This document shows positions 33,798-44,689 of a stretch of 64,000 nt of DNA, piece by piece (positions within the stretch are counted from its first letter, which is position 1; each line of letters begins with the position of its first letter). The notes below the pieces were generated by a model, which was not told the DNA's origin, made no database searches, and saw only the letters and a program-made list of their open reading frames with translations. This DNA is from Fistulifera solaris (taxonomy: Eukaryota), in NCBI GenBank assembly GCA_030295235.1, contig AP026123.1:2232001-2296000 (forward strand), in the 5' to 3' direction. Position numbers and translations under genes: made by a program.

Positions 33798-35930
33798 CTA
33801 GAAACTGTGCACAAGTCTAGGTGATAGTCCGCTGCCTTTTGGCGGAAAGTAGGCATCTCGTAGATCAAGACAGGCCGCTAACGCGTCTTCGCAGTCTTCT
33901 CTTTCGGGCAGCGCACCTAGCTCCACATCACGGTTGTAGTAGCCACGAAAGCGAGACGATAACCCGTCTTTCAATTCATTTGCTGTCAAATTGAGGTGAG
34001 CATATCGACGTGTTGTGTTCCCAAGTAGAGCCAAGACTGTCGGATTGCGAGGGGATGAAGTTGACGAGCGAGATGACCAAATGTGTTGCCAGTAGGAGCC
34101 CGCACCGTAGCCACCGTTTGTAAGATTACCAAGACTCTGTTGGATAACAGTCGCTGCTGACTGTTGAGTTGAGAAACGTGGCCCAGTGCCCTCCAAGAGA
34201 CAAGTGAGATATCTTGTTAGTGAAATCGGCTCACCCGGCTTTTGCTTTGTTCGTTGAGAAACGTCCCACGATGGTCGCAGCGCACCGAATGAAGCAAAGT
34301 GATGATGAAGCGATCGCTCATCATCAACGGTGGAGGGGGACAAGGAGCTCAATATTCCTCCGTGATTGGTTGACTGTGTCCACATCCCAGGCAATTCGAA
34401 GGATTCGTTTCTATTAGAAATCTTCTGACCACTACGCATTCGCGCATCACGTTCGATACTTGTGCCCGATAATAATAGAGACTCGAGAGATGTTGAAAGG
34501 TAAGTTGAGGGTAGGAGTGTGTCCAACTCAAGAATTATATGCTGGGAAGAGGGGCGAAGCTGATGAAGGTATTCTCGAAAAGAAAGTGAACTTGATGTTC
34601 CATAAGAATTACCACCTGCAAAGCTTCCGCTATAATAGCTAGAATTCATTCCGATCAATGGAAGATCAGAATTGTGACGGAGGCGATAAGGCAAAGTAAC
34701 AGATTCGAGAGAGGCCGCGAGCCAAGCGGTCTGATCGAACCTGCTAAACGACGTCTCACTTTGCATAGGAAGCCGCAATGGCAAGACCACTTGAGCAAGT
34801 TCACGGTACTGCTGCGTCGCTAGCCCCCTTTCAACTTGACCACGGACCCTGTGAATATTCCTGTTTTTCCAAGAAACGGCCTTTTCTTCGGAAAACTGCT
34901 CCTCTTCCGCCTGATGACCAGGATCGTGGTTAGCGTTTTCTTCGATCGATATCACCATTCGCTGAGCCATAGGACATTCATCTTGTAACTCTTGCAACAT
35001 AGCTACAGTCAATCCTGATGCCCAGCCGTAGGGGGCGGGCGTTGCGTTTGCTGGGGCACGGGCCATCGAGGCCGAAGAAGATGTCATGATAACAACACCT
35101 TGACACGCGTCGCAGTCTTCTAAGGTCCTGCGTATTCGCTCATGCAACTCATCGTCTCTCCATTTATTGTTCATTCCAGCCAATCCATTCTGGTAGGTTT
35201 CCCAATCGGCCGCTACCGTTGAATCTTGGGGGAGAGGCAGGCATGATCTAGGATCGTAAGGTGGCATAAGGTAGTCAACCCAGGCAATCGGTTCTCGCTG
35301 TCTTTGTTCTTCCTTTGCTGAGGTATCAGAAAAAACCTTCGCCTCCTCTGGATTGCTACGAGTTTGAAGAGCAGCTGACCAGTGTTCTTCCATTTCCGCT
35401 TGCAATGGCTGGAATGTAGAATCATACCATTCTTGTTGCTGTCGTCTTTCTTGACGTTGCCTTGCACGCGCAGCTTCTTCTTCATCGACAGATTCTTCCT
35501 CTTCTTCGTCCCAATTGACGTGTCTCCCACTAGAACTATACTTGCTTGGCTCTTCCGAATATCTTGCTCGAGCTTTGTATCGAGAATGAGGAGCGTACGC
35601 GAGTGTAGCGGCCGTCTGAAAAAAATGTGAAAAGGAATCGGTCTCCGGCTGGTTCGACCACTCCGATTCAACGGTCTCTACCGTTCCACTCCAGACCAGA
35701 CTATCCGCTGATTCAGTGGCAAACCGTTGTTGTTGTCGTACAAAGGCCGAAGGCCGATCAATGAAAATTGCTCGCGGCACGTAGTACTGCTGAAACGTAC
35801 TGTGCGTCACTTGTGCCTCACAAGTATCGGACGTAGCCGCCAGACCTTGCAAATTGTACCAGTGTGCGGCGACTTCGCAGGCGGTAGACCCGACGGAAAT
35901 ATGGATCATCTCACGGTGGCTGCGCGACAT
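33798..35930 (-). CDS. MSTO1: Misato/DML1 tubulin-like protein
   Basis: REMIHISVG..A..V.AHWYN.Q, VPRAIFID, ERIR..LEDCD.CQG, LESVTLPYRL. Confidence 0.8.
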   Translation of the reverse strand: MSRSHREMIHISVGSTACEVAAHWYNLQGLAATSDTCEAQVTHSTFQQYYVPRAIFIDRPSAFVRQQQRFATESADSLVWSGTVETVESEWSNQPETDSFSHFFQTAATLAYAPHSRYKARARYSEEPSKYSSSGRHVNWDEEEEESVDEEEAARARQRQERRQQQEWYDSTFQPLQAEMEEHWSAALQTRSNPEEAKVFSDTSAKEEQRQREPIAWVDYLMPPYDPRSCLPLPQDSTVAADWETYQNGLAGMNNKWRDDELHERIRRTLEDCDACQGVVIMTSSSASMARAPANATPAPYGWASGLTVAMLQELQDECPMAQRMVISIEENANHDPGHQAEEEQFSEEKAVSWKNRNIHRVRGQVERGLATQQYRELAQVVLPLRLPMQSETSFSRFDQTAWLAASLESVTLPYRLRHNSDLPLIGMNSSYYSGSFAGGNSYGTSSSLSFREYLHQLRPSSQHIILELDTLLPSTYLSTSLESLLLSGTSIERDARMRSGQKISNRNESFELPGMWTQSTNHGGILSSLSPSTVDDERSLHHHFASFGALRPSWDVSQRTKQKPGEPISLTRYLTCLLEGTGPRFSTQQSAATVIQQSLGNLTNGGYGAGSYWQHIWSSRSSTSSPRNPTVLALLGNTTRRYAHLNLTANELKDGLSSRFRGYYNRDVELGALPEREDCEDALAACLDLRDAYFPPKGSGLSPRLVHSF

Positions 35931-36393
35931 TTTGTTTCTGATTTGTTTACCACTTTCACCATTACTTTTCTTGCTTACATAATTCACCGAACTCACGCAC
36001 GCATCCTTGAGACAAGTAACAACGTAATGCTTTCCTTTTTTATTTTAAAATATGAAAATACAAGCAAAAGATCAGCAACTGTCATGAAAAGGTACGGTAC
36101 CATAGGATCTTGATGAATGATTATTGCGATGTTTTTGCGTTGCTTCTTGTTTGCGGCGGCGCAGCGCAAAAGAGCGCTCCCGGCCGACGGACTGACACAC
36201 CGATCATGGTAACATTATTTACAGCGTTCCCATTTGGCTATGTAGGCTGGACAGTCAACACAAATTTTTAACCATTTCCAAAAACCGTAAAAAGCGAAAA
36301 GTCGCTGTTACGTTTAAAGGATCCTTGATTCAACAAAGCTTTTCAATCAAGAGGCTTTGGAGTTTACCAGGATATGGTAAATGTCCTGGTATG

Positions 36394-37264
36394 TTATAAA
36401 GTTAAATCAAGTCCAGCATCACGCCCTCCTCGTAGCATCCATAGCACCATTTCGTACGCACTAAAGCGACTACTTGACACTAGAAAAGCTCGAGCGATGC
36501 TGGGAGAAACGCCCGAGAAGAGTCCTCTCACCCCTTTTCGTCTAATCAAGTCTCGAAAAACGTCCATCGCTCTCAAAGGCTTGCCTAGATCACTTCTCCC
36601 TTGCACTCCGGCTCGTACACAATCCAATGGGAAGCTTACTGTCCACGCAATTGCCCCAGAAAACCCTCCGGCGACGGGAATCGCCCATGTACTCGTGTCG
36701 CCACTCGCTCGACTCATCAGTTCCTGTCGAAGGCCTTCGTACACAAAAAAAATAAGTTTGCAGAAATGTCATTTCGCGAAGTGTATTGATGCCATGCCCC
36801 GAGTATATCACACCGACACCGTGTTGTCGTGTGAGTTGCATAACGCAGTCCCTGGTCCCTCGAAATCGATGCGCTGTGTCAACTTGCAATTGCGTCTTTA
36901 ATAAATTTTCGACCGTTGATACGGTTGCCGAAAAGGGCCCACATGTAGCTCCAGCCCAGCCGTTCCTCCAATCCCAGCCTCTTTGAGCTTGATATCTTTC
37001 TTGAAAGTACGAGTAGGCTGTGAAGGTGAATGTATTCAAGATGGTTAGCGAAATCAGAGGAGGGATGACGCCTTTGTACATTTTCAGTATGCCTTCTGTT
37101 TGTAAAATAGAGCGACCAGTCGACAGTATGCCGCTCCTGTGATGCTGCTGACTCGTTTGCATTCGTGTCTTGATCAGATCTAGTGGAAAACCGATCAAAG
37201 TGCCCAAAATACCGGCCGCCAAGCCCCCCAAAGCTTCTTCCGTCATTCGAGAAGACATCATCAT
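36394..37264 (-). CDS. Mitochondrial carrier family protein
   Basis: Three repeats: PLDLIKTRMQ, ENLLKTQLQ, PLDCVRAGVQ. Frameshift in the A-run at ~36744-36751. Confidence 0.9.
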
Positions 37265-37839
37265 TATTATTTGCAGCGGCAATTTTCCGATTGTCTAGCC
37301 GTACGAACAATCTGACTGGATGAGATACAGATGGATAAGCAAGGGCACAACGTATTATCAATCAGTAGCGACGCTCGGGCACTCCTATTACTTATTTGTT
37401 GACGATGTATAATTCTTTTTTAAAAAAAAATAAAAATAAAAAAAAACCTTAGCGTTTTTTTTGGTTTTGTTTCATTGGGGGTATCCTACTTTACTCGTGA
37501 CTGACGTGGCTTATCGCGCGATCGCAGATTTCATGACGTTTTTTAGAAAATCAAACAAAACGTTTGCGAGAGAAAGCGTGTGGATGCAGCAATTGAATTG
37601 GAAGTACCCAAACCGCAAACTTTTACAATGTTGAGGAGACAGAGTGAGGCAGTTTGCTCTAGTTTTTCCGCGTAGTAGGTAGGCGGTTTATAGACATTTT
37701 CTGAATTGTGACTCGAGCCTGTGGTTCAATCCCGGACAAGGCGGGGACTAAATCCTAATGTTGGTTAGAAATAAAGTTGAAGAGATTTGAAACTATCATA
37801 GGTTACTTATACTGTTGCCGATCCCTTTATGTGCGCGCC

Positions 37840-39226
37840 TTACCAGACCCAGCAAAATCCGTACTTACAATTTTGCTTACAGCATTCAGACGACTGTTGA
37901 CACTTCGAGAAATTGGCCTTGCACTGAGAAGGTGGCTGGACGGGTGCTGTTACCGGAGCTGCTACAGGGGCTGGAACTGGTGCGGCCACGGGAGCCGTTT
38001 TGGTGGATCCAATATTTCGCGTGCTCAAAAGACGGTTGGGTGTGCCGGGGCCCGAGTCGTTAATCATTCCACTGATCGCATCCGCTTGCATAGCATTCCA
38101 GACTTGGTATGCCGACCAGGTCGGGTTGGCTTCCAAATACAAAGCAGCGACTCCGGCAACATGAGGGGTTGCCATGCTCGTTCCCGACATAAGGCCGACG
38201 CGACTGCCGGGCAACGTAGATTCGATGGCTTCCCCCGGAGCAAAGATATCGACGCAAGAACCGTAATTCGAAAAACCACTTCGGATGTCGTTGCGGTTTG
38301 AAGACGCGACAGTCACTACACCTTTAGCCGAAGCAGGAGAACTCCAGCAGGCGTTGCTATTACTATTTCCCGCGGCCACGGCGAAAAAAACTCCCGCGTT
38401 GACGATGTTTTCAACGATGTTGTTCAACGCCCGGCTGTATGCACCTCCAAGAGACATGTTGGCAACCATCGGTTGACTCGGATTGTTCTTTTTCTGCTGG
38501 TAGACGTAATCAAGGCCTGACAGAAGACCTGATGTGCTTCCTCTTCCATCTGGACCCATGACGCGCACAGCCACAAGATCCACGTCCTTCGCCACACCAT
38601 ACTTGGATCCTCCAATCGTTCCAGCTACGTGAGTTCCATGCCCTTGCTCATCAATACAACTGCTATAAGCCGTGTACCCACACGAGGGGCTTCGCAAATC
38701 GCCATGGGGGTCAATACCAGTGTCAATCACAAACGCCTTCACGCCTTTTCCAGTATACTGATACGTGTAGCTGTTATCAAGCGGAAGAGAAGCATCATCC
38801 AAGCGGTCTAGTCCCCATGTCGGATAGACCTGTTCCATATGGGTATCAATGATTTGGTCCTGTGAAGCAGCGATGAGATCGGTATCGTTGTGTGCCTGGA
38901 CGAATACTTACAACTTCGTGACTTACCTCTTCAACAAACACCACATCAGGGTCCTCCAGCAAGTCAGAAAGCTGACGTTCTGATACTTTTCCTAGTGATA
39001 CACCGTGAAACGTTTCTTCTTCATAGGTAAAGTTGACCTCGCAGTTCGGTAACTGCGTCTTTAGCGCGGAAACTTTGCTTTTCACATCGACACTCTCATG
39101 GAGCACGACGATGTACTGCTCATCAATGCGGTTTTCGGCCAGTGTCCTTTCCAACTTTCGATGACGCAAAGATGCGGAAGCCACGGATTGGGCTCCAAGG
39201 AGTAGAAGTAAGGCAGCTTTCATCAT
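37840..39226 (-). CDS. Secreted subtilisin (proteinase K-like S8) with I9 propeptide and Cys-rich tail
   Basis: Signal peptide MMKAALLLLLGAQSVASA; propeptide YIVVL; IDTG, HGTHVAG, AAGN, GTSMATPHVAG. Intron 38860-38926. Confidence 0.93.
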
Positions 39227-40481
39227 AATTGCAACAATTGAAAATTTATGAGACGATTTGCTTGCATTGGAAGAATGACATTTGACCTTTCCCGACAAAA
39301 TTAGATCTTGGGAAGAAGTTGCGGGTCTAGTCTTCTTCGCCTCCGATCATTGAGGCGATCTTAGTTTTCTCGGCGGCATGAAGTTGTGGTGACATTGTTT
39401 GAGTAGAAATCTCAATCCGTGTTTCCTTCGTTTCGGTCATGCGAACGACGTAATCCGGTCCATTCAAGGGTTCTCATGGGTTTGGGGCGATCCAATCACG
39501 TGAAACCTTTTGATTCTCGACTGCCAAGCAGGGTTGATAGAAGATGCATCCATTCCGGTCCTCGTTTCTATTCGATTGGTTCGGCTATTACGGACAAAGC
39601 AATCCTCGATGGTGCTTGTACCTAATAAGGACCGCCAACTGCTTATTGTTGTGTGTGACTCCGCTCCCGACATTAGTGGAAAGCCACGGGTTCGCTTAAA
39701 GTGGGGACAGCGAAACGGCATTTCAAAGAACAGTGCGCACATGTGCTGTAACAAATTTGGCGGAGCGGTCAAATTATTTTCCTCTTTCAACCCAGGAAAA
39801 TGTATTCTGATTAGTTAGCGGGTCCATTGCGGCTCGGGATCATGAATTTCCTTCTATCGGTTTCCGAAGCAGCCAAAGTGTCTTTTCAGTGAAAAAGGGA
39901 CGTCTGCAGCGGCATTGAAACGCAATTGTCATTTCTGACAGCGTCGCACACAAGCTCGCTCTTTGAGCTCATAGATCATTCAAAGCTATCGGCTTGACTG
40001 GCAAGGTCCAGCAGCTCTTTCTTGAAAAAATCATGGCTGAGAATGAACCTGGTCTATGCAGCGTGATAATCATTTCAAACGGGCAACCAGATACAATAAG
40101 AACCGAACCTCTGCCCTTGTTGCGAGCGAAAAAGAGAAAAAAAGCTTGTCGACAAAATTTACTTAAGCTCAAACTCCATCTTAGTGTAAATTATAATGTA
40201 CTACATAAATCTTTTTGACGTTTTGTAAATGTTCAGTTGTTATCATTAAAACATCCTTATCGGTTACTTAGTACTTTACAGAATATAATGAAAGAATAAT
40301 TAGAGGTGAATGCGCGCTCGCATCGAAAAACTCGCCAAACTGAAGTCCGCGCCCGAGCACGGCGATCATCATCACTTTTTCCTCTGCAGTTGTTCCATTC
40401 ATTCGGCTGCCATCGTATTTCTCATTGTGAATACTTCGACCCTTTCTTCGGTTTTCATTGTATACGATTTTAGCTGTTAAG

Positions 40482-42317
40482 ATGCGTGCACGTAACAAAA
40501 ACTCCGATCTCGAAGCTGCCAGCGCTATCATCAATGGATTGCACAGCGAATCCGTTGCGTTTTCTCACCGCCTCGACACGCTCACCATGAACATTTCAAG
40601 TCTTATGAAGAAACGGCTCGAGGTATGTACGATTGTGTCAATAGTATGGCACTCTGTGATCTATTCTAACCTTTTTGCATCCAGGAAAGTAAGCAAAAGA
40701 TCCTCTCCAGCAGCGGAACGAAGCGAGCGCACGCTGGAATGAAACCCTCCGACAGGTCCTCTATCGTTCGCTCTCCGGTCTATAAAAAGCAAAAGGCTAC
40801 CACATCCGCTGAAACGTTGAAGGAGAGTGAAGATTTCGATTCTATGGTTAAAAGAATCAAGGCCATGAGAAAGGCGGAGCTTGTAACTGCTCTTGAAAGC
40901 CGGGGGCTTTGCTCGATCGGAAAGAAAGACGACTTGGTCAACCGGCTTGTCGACGATTATCTGGCACAACAGACGGAACGGAATCAAGCAGAAACGTCAA
41001 ACAACCCGGCTTCTAAGTTTTCTGATGGAAACGATCCAGTGCAACCTGTGATGAATCGCAAGGACAGCATCATGATGACTGATGTCAAAGTTGAGGAGCA
41101 TCCTATGTTGTTCGAAGTCTTGAGCCCAAATGTTAAGAAGCAAGGTATTCCGGAAAAGAAACCTGTGTCTGTTCTAAAGCAAATGTTTGAGTCGAAGGCA
41201 TGCAAAGCAAACTTGAAGCAGACCGCAATGGAAGATGCAAAGGAAAATTCGCCAACCCAACAAGAGAAGGACGTCAAGGAGCCAAAATCACCAATCAGAA
41301 CCTTCAAGGCAGCCATGAACACGGCGCTCTCGGTACTGTCTATAGAAAAGCATCGTGTCATTTCTTCCAGTCCCAAAAGTGCAAATGCTAGTGAATCAGC
41401 AACTCGCCCCCTGTCCCCTAAATTCCAACATTCCACTCAACCTCGAGAGCCTCAGCAAGAAACAATCGGATCACATAGCAAAATACCAGTTGGATACCTA
41501 AGTGCTTCGAAAGTTGGGTCGGTTTCTGGCTTGAATGCTTTCAAAGCATCCAAGACCTCCTACCTGCAGGCCGGACCAGCCAGGATGGCCTTCAACCCTG
41601 AAAAGCAAAAGGAAATGCGAGAGCAGGTACGTGCATCACTACTCAATTTGAATCAGACTTGTCCTTTCTGTCTCTTTCGGTTCTCTCACTTTCACTCCTC
41701 GTTTCTATTTCCAGAGCAAACCGATTTCATCAAAGTCTCTTTATACTCCAACACAATTGCCTACTCTGTCGTCTGCCCCTGATACCGAACACGACATGAA
41801 GCGCAAACAAAAACTGGCCGAGATTCGAGCTGCTGCAGCAGAGAAGACGCTGAAACCCGGTCCAGTCTTGGACGCGTATAAGGCACAGAAGGAACTGGCA
41901 TCGCAGGCACTGGCAAACTCCGCTGTCAAAGTAGTTTCCTCTCAAAAGTCGACTTTCAGATCGCTTCTAGCTTCTCCTGATGCTTCTTGTCAGTATGAGA
42001 TTTCGGACAAGGAGGACACCGATTCCGAGAGTGAATCAGACGACGAGTGCAACAAGAACTCGAAGAAAATTCCGGCGTGGGCAGGGTCTCAGAAACTTCA
42101 AGAAAAGCTGAAAAAGCAATTACAACCTGGTGGTATTGATCCAGATGAGATTTTCGGCGAAGTAGAAACGTGCGACCTGGTAGCCATTTTTGATAACCCA
42201 CGAACACGGTTCAAGAAGCGAACAAGCTCGGGTAACTGGGGAAAAGATCGTGCAACAATGGCTGAGAAACTCGCCTACAAGCGCCGAATGCAATACAGTA
42301 CTGTTACCATCGCCTAA
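40482..42317 (+). CDS. INCENP: INCENP-like protein (C-terminal IN-box) with a SAP-like motif
   Basis: IPAWA...DPDEIFG...DL.AIF...RFKKRTSSGNW. MRKAELVTALESRGLCSIGKKDDLVNRL. Introns 40623-40684 and 41627-41714 give one open frame. Confidence 0.8.
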
Positions 42318-42615
42318 CTCTGTTTACGTTAGCTAACAGAAATTTAAATTTTAATTGATTCATTGATTATTTCGTTAGCTGGTACTGTATTCTAGAGAGC
42401 GACGACTAACTAGAAAACGAATAACTTTCAATCACGAATCACGAGTCGTGCCCGGTCTTGCCGTGAACCGCAAAAGTGTCAACTTTTTTCGACGTCGCAA
42501 CGAAAATCCTTTGCGCGGAGAACATGGATGCCGTTGCTTTCATTATGATCCTTTTCATTTTGAATTGCCTTGAAGAGATAGTTATAAATCAGTAAAGCAT
42601 CTTTGTAAATATAGC

Positions 42616-43821
42616 ATGCCATTCGAAAAAAGCATGTCGGCTAAAAGCAAGTCGAAATCGGACGACGATATCGTTATCGTGGCTGCTTTGCGAACGCCCC
42701 TCATCCGTTCTCGCAAAGGCGCTTTCGCGGGCGTACCGGCATCGTCGCTCCTGCAGACTGTCCTCGAAGGAGCCTTGAAACAAACGGGAATCCCAGGCAC
42801 CGATATCGATGATATTTGCGTGGGTAATTGCTTGCTTCCAGCTGCTGGTTATGGATCACTGAGAATGGCCCAGATCGTTGCGGGCATCCCCGAAACAACT
42901 AGCCTACATACCGTGAATCGACAATGCTCTTCCGGTCTTCAGTCTATTTCGATTATTGCTAATGCTATTCGATCCGGACAAATAAAAATTGGGATCGGTG
43001 CGGGGCTCGAATCGATGAGTCAGAATCCCATGAACAAAATGGATATGGTTCCGGTCGACTGGGAAGTCATGCAGCAATCTCGAACGGCAATGGATTGCTT
43101 GATCCCGATGGGCATCACGAGCGATACCGTCGTAAAAACGTACGGGCTCGAGCGGCACGTGCTGGATGAATTCGCCGCCGAATCGCACCGAAAAGCTGCT
43201 GCCGCCCAAGCGGCTGGAAAATTTGATAGCGAAATAGTCCCCGTCATGACACCGAGCGGTGTCGTGGATCGAGACGATGGCATTCGATCGGGAACGACAG
43301 CTCAAGTTTTGTCGAAATTGAAGCCGGTCTTTACTCCCTCTGGGGCAACAACGGCTGGAAATAGCTCGCAGACTACGGATGGGGCTGCCGCTGTGATCTT
43401 AATGACGCGTGGCGAAGCCAAGAGACGCGGTATTCCCATACAAGGAGTGTGGCATGGATTTTGTACAGCGGGTGTGCCTCCAAGTATCATGGGAATCGGC
43501 CCCGCTGTTGCAATTCCCAAGGTATTAGAATATACTGGCTTGACTAAGGATGATATCGATGTGTACGAGATTAATGAGGCATTTGCGAGCCAAGCGAAAT
43601 GGTGTATCAACGAACTTGGTTTGGACGAAAATAAAGTCAATCCTCTGGGTGGAGCAATCGCTTTGGGTCACCCTCTTGGTTGCACTGGAGCTCGTCTGAT
43701 TGCTACTCTGCTGCCGGAATTACGGCGACGCAGAGGTAGGTTTGGCATCGCCAGTATGTGTGTCGGCACTGGAATGGGAGCGGCAGCTGTGGTTGAGGTC
43801 GAAGCACACTCCTCTTTGTAA
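42616..43821 (+). CDS. Peroxisomal 3-ketoacyl-CoA thiolase
   Basis: VNRQCSSGLQ, NEAFASQ, GHPLGCTGAR, CVGTGMG; C-terminal SSL. Confidence 0.93.
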   Translation: MPFEKSMSAKSKSKSDDDIVIVAALRTPLIRSRKGAFAGVPASSLLQTVLEGALKQTGIPGTDIDDICVGNCLLPAAGYGSLRMAQIVAGIPETTSLHTVNRQCSSGLQSISIIANAIRSGQIKIGIGAGLESMSQNPMNKMDMVPVDWEVMQQSRTAMDCLIPMGITSDTVVKTYGLERHVLDEFAAESHRKAAAAQAAGKFDSEIVPVMTPSGVVDRDDGIRSGTTAQVLSKLKPVFTPSGATTAGNSSQTTDGAAAVILMTRGEAKRRGIPIQGVWHGFCTAGVPPSIMGIGPAVAIPKVLEYTGLTKDDIDVYEINEAFASQAKWCINELGLDENKVNPLGGAIALGHPLGCTGARLIATLLPELRRRRGRFGIASMCVGTGMGAAAVVEVEAHSSL

Positions 43822-44689
43822 AGCATTATCGCCATGAGCGTTTAATAAGTTAACTAAGGCGAATGTATGCTTGTCAAAGTAAACTTCTTAAAACGTGTCT
43901 CGTGCCCTTGAACGAAATGAGTCGCTTGCTAACGACCAGCAATTGTAACTCTATATTCTCTTAAGCTAAAATGGTGATTATCAATCTTTGATTATAGTTT
44001 TTCGGTCTTCGCCCACCAAAGCATAAAATACGTATTGTGAAGGAGAGCTTCATTGACACAAAGACAGAAACAAAGAGCTCATTCATCATTCCGTTCTTTT
44101 CCTGCATCATCAATCTGCCGTACTTCAATGATCCATAAGGAAGAACCACAAAAATCATTAGGTTTAAGGATTATCTTCACTTGAAAATTTATAGTGACTA
44201 GCCCGTGATTCATTCTATTGCATAAAATGTAGGGGGTGCTGTGAACTTATGTCAACGTGCTTGAATCTTGGTTTCACAACAATTGCCTTGAAGCCCAACG
44301 AGATTTCGGTACTACAAAATGACTTTAGCCTTCTCCACTCAGCAAACGCCTGTACTTTCAGGCGTATAGTTAAACTCTTTCCTGTGCGTCGCACGCATCC
44401 ATAAAGTCCTGATGGGCTTGGTCATAAAGTCATCTGACTACTTTATACGCTATATCCATCCTGTCTGGGCTTTTTCCAGCGCCTCAATAAATGGAATGAA
44501 TCTTGGTCTTGAATGACACGGGGGCCACACAGAATGCTACACCACGACGAGCCCCGCAAAGTTCTTCATTTCCTTTCATCGACACCGAACTGAATTGAAT
44601 CGTCATTCATTCATTCCTTGCTCTATTTCTAGTTCATTTCTCGAATAAAAGGGGAATTATTACATCGCAATCACAAAAGTTCACAATCA

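Noticed and set aside
13535..36760. Programmed ribosomal frameshifting at the ORF breaks
   Set aside because: No shared slippery motif or direction. Breaks fall in unrelated genes and homopolymers, and paralog comparison (cyclase copy 2) shows simple indels.
39419..40218. Short ORFs between the subtilase and INCENP
   Set aside because: No motifs and mostly non-ATG starts; consistent with a divergent promoter region.
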